From assembly GCA_964016885.1 (NCBI GenBank), contig OZ024742.1:29326001-29390000 (forward strand): a stretch of DNA of 64,000 nucleotides, given 5' to 3'. The notes below the pieces were generated by a model, which was given only the letters and a program-made list of their open reading frames with translations, was not told the origin of the DNA and made no database searches. Shown in pieces: positions 59,401 through 64,000 of this stretch (position 1 is its first letter; each line of letters begins with the position of its first letter). This DNA comes from Eledone cirrhosa. Lineage: Eukaryota. Both the position numbers and the translations under genes were made by a program.

Positions 59401-59797
59401 GCGCGCAGGGCGACGAAACCGTCCTGCACACACTCGTCCAGTGTCCGAAAATTGCTGACTTGTGGGTTTATGTCGAACACCTGCTGTCGCGTGTAGGCTA
59501 TCATCTGAGTCTATCGTGAGGATTGCCCCGCCCTCTTCCTTTAGCCGGGAAGGGCAGGCAGTTTTTATCTGTCTGGTGGCCATGGCGAAAGAGATAGTAT
59601 GGTGGACACGTTTGAAAGGGCTGAAGACGAGCACTTACCTCTTCGGTGATGCCCTGATTGACTTTTTCAAATTTCATTTGAAAAGGAAAATCAGAGTAGA
59701 GAGGAAAGTGCTCTCTTCCCAGCATTTTGTTGAAAGATGGGTGAGAGAAGCAAGAATGGCCCGAGTGAATGGGCCTACTCTGAGTATGTATCTGTAA
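56434..59797 (+). pseudogene. LINE ORF2 (AP endonuclease, reverse transcriptase, C-terminal zinc finger), disrupted
   Basis: MTSL*IGSINARGL, SET, VYAP, GDWN, YLDR, TDH (APE). KSPGLDG, FRPITLLN, DQSKAFD, VRQGCPLS, YADD (RT). CPRC...ETVLH...C. Stop at 56446, frameshifts near 57920, 58595 and 59500, deletion near 59350. Confidence 0.95.
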
Positions 59798-60045
59798 ATT
59801 AAAGGTGGAAAACTGGGAGAGGGCACTTGCCTTGGTAGTCAGGGTCACTGTGGCCTTTTACTGGGCTTTCTCCACAAATATCCCTCCGAAGTCTCCCCCC
59901 TATTGGGGAATTTTTCATTGTTATTTTTTGTTACATCCTCTGTTTTTGTTTTTTACACGCAGAAATGCCCATTTGTACCGTCCTGTATTGTCCTGCACTG
60001 TCCTTAATGTCTACTTTATGTAAACCCTTGTGGTTAATAAAGAAA

Positions 60046-60103
<58 letters not shown>

Positions 60104-60110
60104 TATTATT

Positions 60111-60360
60111 TCTGGGGGGCCGGGGAGGCAGAGTCCTCAAACACACCAACGGGTCCTGTCAGAAACAACCGTCTCCAATTGATCCGGCTGGATCAACAAG
60201 CGAGAGAGCAGCCGAGCTCATGGATGCTATCCAACCATCTTGCTCCGGGGCTGCTCTACCCCTGGGTCTCCTGCCAGTCGGTTTTGCTCGTAAAACCTGT
60301 ACAGCGATTTTTTCCTGAGACATTCTAACCACATTTCCGTAAATCTAATACTGCAAATAT
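60111..60360 (-). mobile_element. 3' end of an RTE-clade LINE with (AAT)n tail
   Basis: Minus translation YGNVVRMSQEKIAVQVLRAKPTGRRPRGR then, after a frameshift, PRARWLDSI-like. This matches the RTE C-terminal GH-x2-RM...G-x-R-x-RGRP-x2-RW-x-D motif. Confidence 0.8.
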
Positions 60361-60361
60361 A

Positions 60362-62450
60362 TTGGTGTTGGTGGTGTTGGTGGTGGTATTTGTGGTGTTG
60401 GTGGTGGTGTTTGTGGTGTTGGTGGTGGTGTTTGTGGTGTTGGTGGTGGTGTTTGTGGTGTTGGTGGTGGTGTTTGTGGTGTTGGTGGTGGTGTTTGTGG
60501 TGTTGGTGGTGGTGTTTGTGGTGTTGGTGGTGGTGTTTGTGGTGTTGGTGGTGGTGTTTGTGGTGTTGGTGGTGGTGTTTGTGGTGTTGGTGGTGGTGTT
60601 GGTGGTGTTGGTGGTGGTATTTGTGGTGTTGGTGGTGGTGTTTGTGGTGTTGGTGGTGGTGTCTGTGGTGTTGGTGGTGGTGTTTGTGGTGTTGGTGGTG
60701 GTGTTTGTGGTGTTGGTGGTGGTGTTTGTGGTGTTGGTGGTGGTGTTTGTGGTGTTGGTGGTGGTGTTTGTGGTGTTGGTGGTGGTGTTTGTGGTGTTGC
60801 TGGTGGTGTTTGTGGTGTTGGTGGTGGTGTTTGTGGTGTTGGTGGTGGTGTTTGTGGTGTTGCTGGTGTTGGTGGTGGTGTTTGTGGTGTTGCTGGTGGT
60901 GTTTGTGGTGTTGGTGGTGGTGTTTGTGGTGTTGGTGGTGGTGTTTGTGGTGTTGGTGGTGTTGGTGGTGGTGTTTGTGGTGTTGGTGGTGGTGTTTGTG
61001 GTGTTGGTGGTGGTGTTGGTGGTGTTGGTGGTGGTATTTGTGGTGTTGGTGGTGGTGTTTGTGGTGTTGCTGGTGGTGTTTGTGGTGTTGGTGGTGGTGT
61101 TTGTGGTGTTGGTGGTGGTGTTTGTGGTGTTGCTGGTGTTGGTGGTGGTGTTTGTGGTGTTGCTGGTGGTGTTTGTGGTGTTGGTGGTGGTGTTTGTGGT
61201 GTTGGTGGTGGTGTTTGTGGTGTTTGTGGTGTTGCTGGTGGTGTTTGTGGTGTTGGTGGTGGTGTTTGTGGTGTTGGTGGTGGTGTTTGTGGTGTTGGTG
61301 GTGGTGTTTGTGGTGTTGGTGGTGGTGTTTGTGGTGTTGGTGGTGGTGTTTGTGGTGTTGCTGGTGGTGTTTGTGGTGTTGGTGGTGGTGTTTGTGGTGT
61401 TGGTGGTGGTGTTTGTGGTGTTGCTGGTGTTGGTGGTGGTGTTTGTGGTGTTGCTGGTGGTGTTTGTGGTGTTGGTGGTGGTGTTTGTGGTGTTGGTGGT
61501 GGTGTTTGTGGTGTTGGTGGTGTTGGTGGTGGTGTTTGTGGTGTTGGTGGTGGTGTTTGTGGTGTTGGTGGTGGTGTTGGTGGTGTTGGTGGTGGTATTT
61601 GTGGTGTTCGTGGTGGTGTTTGTGGTGTTGCTGGTGGTGTTTGTGGTGTTGGTGGTGGTGTTTGTGGTGTTGGTGGTGGTGTTTGTGGTGTTGCTGGTGT
61701 TGGTGGTGGTGTTTGTGGTGTTGGTGGTGGTGTTTGTGGTGTTGGTGGTGGTGTTTGTGGTGTTTGTGGTGTTGCTGGTGGTGTTTGTGGTGTTGGTGGT
61801 GGTGTTTGTGGTGTTGGTGGTGGTGTTTGTGGTGTTGGTGGTGGTGTTTGTGGTGTTGCTGGTGTTGGTGGTGGTGTTTGTGGTGTTGCTGGTGGTGTTT
61901 GTGGTGTTGGTGGTGGTATTTGTGGTGTCGGTGGTGGTGTTTGTGGTGTTGGTGGTGGTGTTTGTGGTGTTGGTGGTGGTGTTTGTGGTGTTGCTGGTGT
62001 TGGTGGTGGTGTTTGTGGTGTTGCTGGTGGTGTTTGTGGTGTTGGTGGTGGTATTTGTGGTGTTGGTGGTGGTGTTGCTGGTGGTGTTTGTGGTGTTGGT
62101 GGTGGTGTTTGTGGTGTTGGTGGTGGTGTTTGTGGTGTTGCTGGTGGTGTTTGTGGTGTTGGTGGTGGTGTTTGTGGTGTTGGTGGTGGTGTTTGTGGTG
62201 TTGCTGGTGGTGTTTGTGGTGTTGGTGGTGGTGTTTGTGGTGTTGCTGGTGGTGTTTGTGGTGTTGCTGGTGGTGTTTGTGGTGTTGGTGGTGGTGTTTG
62301 TGGTGTTGGTGGTGGTGTTTGTGGTGTTGCTGGTGGTGTTTGTGGTGTTGGTGGTGGTGTTTGTGGTGTTGGTGGTGGTGTTTATGGTGTTGCTGGTGGT
62401 GTTTGTGGTGTTGGTGGTGGTGTTTATGGTGTTTGTGGTGTTGTTGTTGG
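60362..62450. repeat. 21-bp minisatellite TGTTGGTGGTGGTGTTTGTGG, about 100 copies
   Basis: Directly visible, with variant units containing GCT or TAT. Confidence 0.95.
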
Positions 62451-62649
62451 TATAGATGCAGTATGACCAAATGATTAACAATAGCTCCTCACACTCATTA
62501 GGTCACACTGAACAAACAACTGGAACACTCATCGTCGAAAGCCCACGGAGGTCCATTAGGTATAGAGTTGCTGAAGGTGATGATCATCAATAAAATAACC
62601 CCCCCCCCCACTTCTCCATATTCTCCTTCTCTCCTCCTCCGCCGCCATC

Positions 62650-62960
62650 ATTTCCTCTATCTGTAAACAATGAGATGAGGGAGGGGGTCTTCTAGTCGTA
62701 CCCCCACCAATCCCCTATTCCCTCTATCAGTAAACAATTAGATGAGGGGATAGTGTCTTCTAGTGTACCCCCACCTATCTCCTACTTCCTCTATCAGTAA
62801 ACAGTTAGATGGGGGGGGGGCAGTGTCTTCTTCGTCCTGCCCCCCCCCTATATCAATAAACTAAATATGAGGGTAGTCTCTTCTTGGTCCTACCACCTAC
62901 CCCTTTTTTATCAGTAAATATTTAGATGCGGGGTCGGTGTCTTCTTGGTCCTATCCCCAC
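62650..62960. repeat. Degenerate tandem repeat of about 60-70 bp, 5 copies
   Basis: TATCAGTAAA...AGATGAGGG...GTCTTCT...CCCC recurs. Confidence 0.75.
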
Positions 62961-63526
62961 CTACCTCCACCTATCCCCAGTTCCCCAATTAGATGAAAAG
63001 GAGCTCTGTTCTTTGAAAGTACTTCTGCTTTGTTCTGTTGGTTCATTACGATCAGATAGATCTTGATTGGGATAACTTGTCCGTATTTGACGTCCACTAT
63101 GCACGTCCTATGACATAACATATCTAAAGCCGTTATGTAGGAGGGCCAAACTGCTGTGAATAGTTTGCAAAAACAAATAAACCTGCCACAGCTTGTACCA
63201 TGTTTATCCATCACAGATGAAAGCTTGTAATTCAGTTTATTGAAAATAGAAAATGGCAATCAATCAGATTTTTATTACTTTAGATATTTACTAACTGGTT
63301 GTACTAGCTTCACTGACTAAACCCCCATCTCAACTCAAATACACTTCCTCCATGCCAATAAGAGAGACATAAAAACCTTTAGCGCAGTTATTGAGGAAAG
63401 CCAGCCGGATGTTAGAAGTTAGTTACCAAGCGGATGGCTGAACATGGACAATTGACATTAACACAAATGCTATTGTACATTTACATATTTAAAACCTATT
63501 TTATGTTCTTATTATTCTCGCACTTT

Positions 63527-63654
<128 letters not shown>

Positions 63655-63796
63655 ATTATCTCACTCTCTTTTTTTTTCCTTTACTGTTTATCAAAACTTA
63701 TTTCACTCTCTCTCTCTTCCATCCCCAATCTCTGTCACATCTCTAATCTCTCTCCTGTCTCTCTCTTTCTCGTCTCTAATCTCTCTTTCTCGTCTC

Positions 63797-63856
<60 letters not shown>

Positions 63857-64000
63857 CTTTCATTATCTCACTCTCTTTTTATCAAAATTTATTCCTCTCT
63901 CTCTTTCATCCCAATCTCTCTCTCATCTTTAATCTCTTCTCCCCCCTCTCTCACCCTATATACCTCTCTCTCTCTCTCTTTATCTATCAATCTATCTATC

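Larger units (their letters stand above)
54369..60047 (+). mobile_element. Near full-length Tx1-like (L1 clade) LINE, disrupted
   Basis: ORF1 with CCHC knuckle, ORF2 with APE, RT and zinc finger, 3'UTR with AATAAA, then (ATT)n. The 5' boundary is inferred from the upstream (ATT)n. Confidence 0.9.

Noticed and set aside
60227-62481. About 700-aa His-, Thr/Asn-, Val- and Trp/Cys-rich ORFs
   Set aside because: Artefact of the 21-bp minisatellite.
62951-63259. 102-aa ORF in unique sequence
   Set aside because: No recognisable homology or exon boundaries.

Overview
This is AT-rich, microsatellite-saturated eukaryotic DNA. The SINE families and (TA)n/(CA)n density suggest an octopus or other coleoid cephalopod genome (inference from memory, not a database result). 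No intact host protein-coding gene is recognisable, and almost all listed ORFs are simple-repeat read-throughs. Recognisable elements: a near full-length but disrupted Tx1/L1-clade LINE (54369-60047), the 3' end of an RTE LINE, a GC-rich CRE-like restriction-endonuclease LINE fragment, many tRNA-derived SINEs, a mariner-type MITE, a non-autonomous Helitron, and three large minisatellites. The most striking hidden structure is a set of short non-coding fold-back (palindromic) inserts sitting inside (TA)n tracts. They carry type I hammerhead ribozyme motifs: about 10 with the full CUGAUGA/GAAA/NUH core, plus several mutated or half copies. They look like Penelope-like element (PLE) pseudo-LTR ends. 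In three copies of one family the fold-back point lies in ribozyme stem II, and one insert is a head-to-head chimera of two families. Together these suggest a ribozyme-guided snap-back or twin-priming insertion mechanism into TA repeats. Coordinates were counted by eye and may be off by a few bases.
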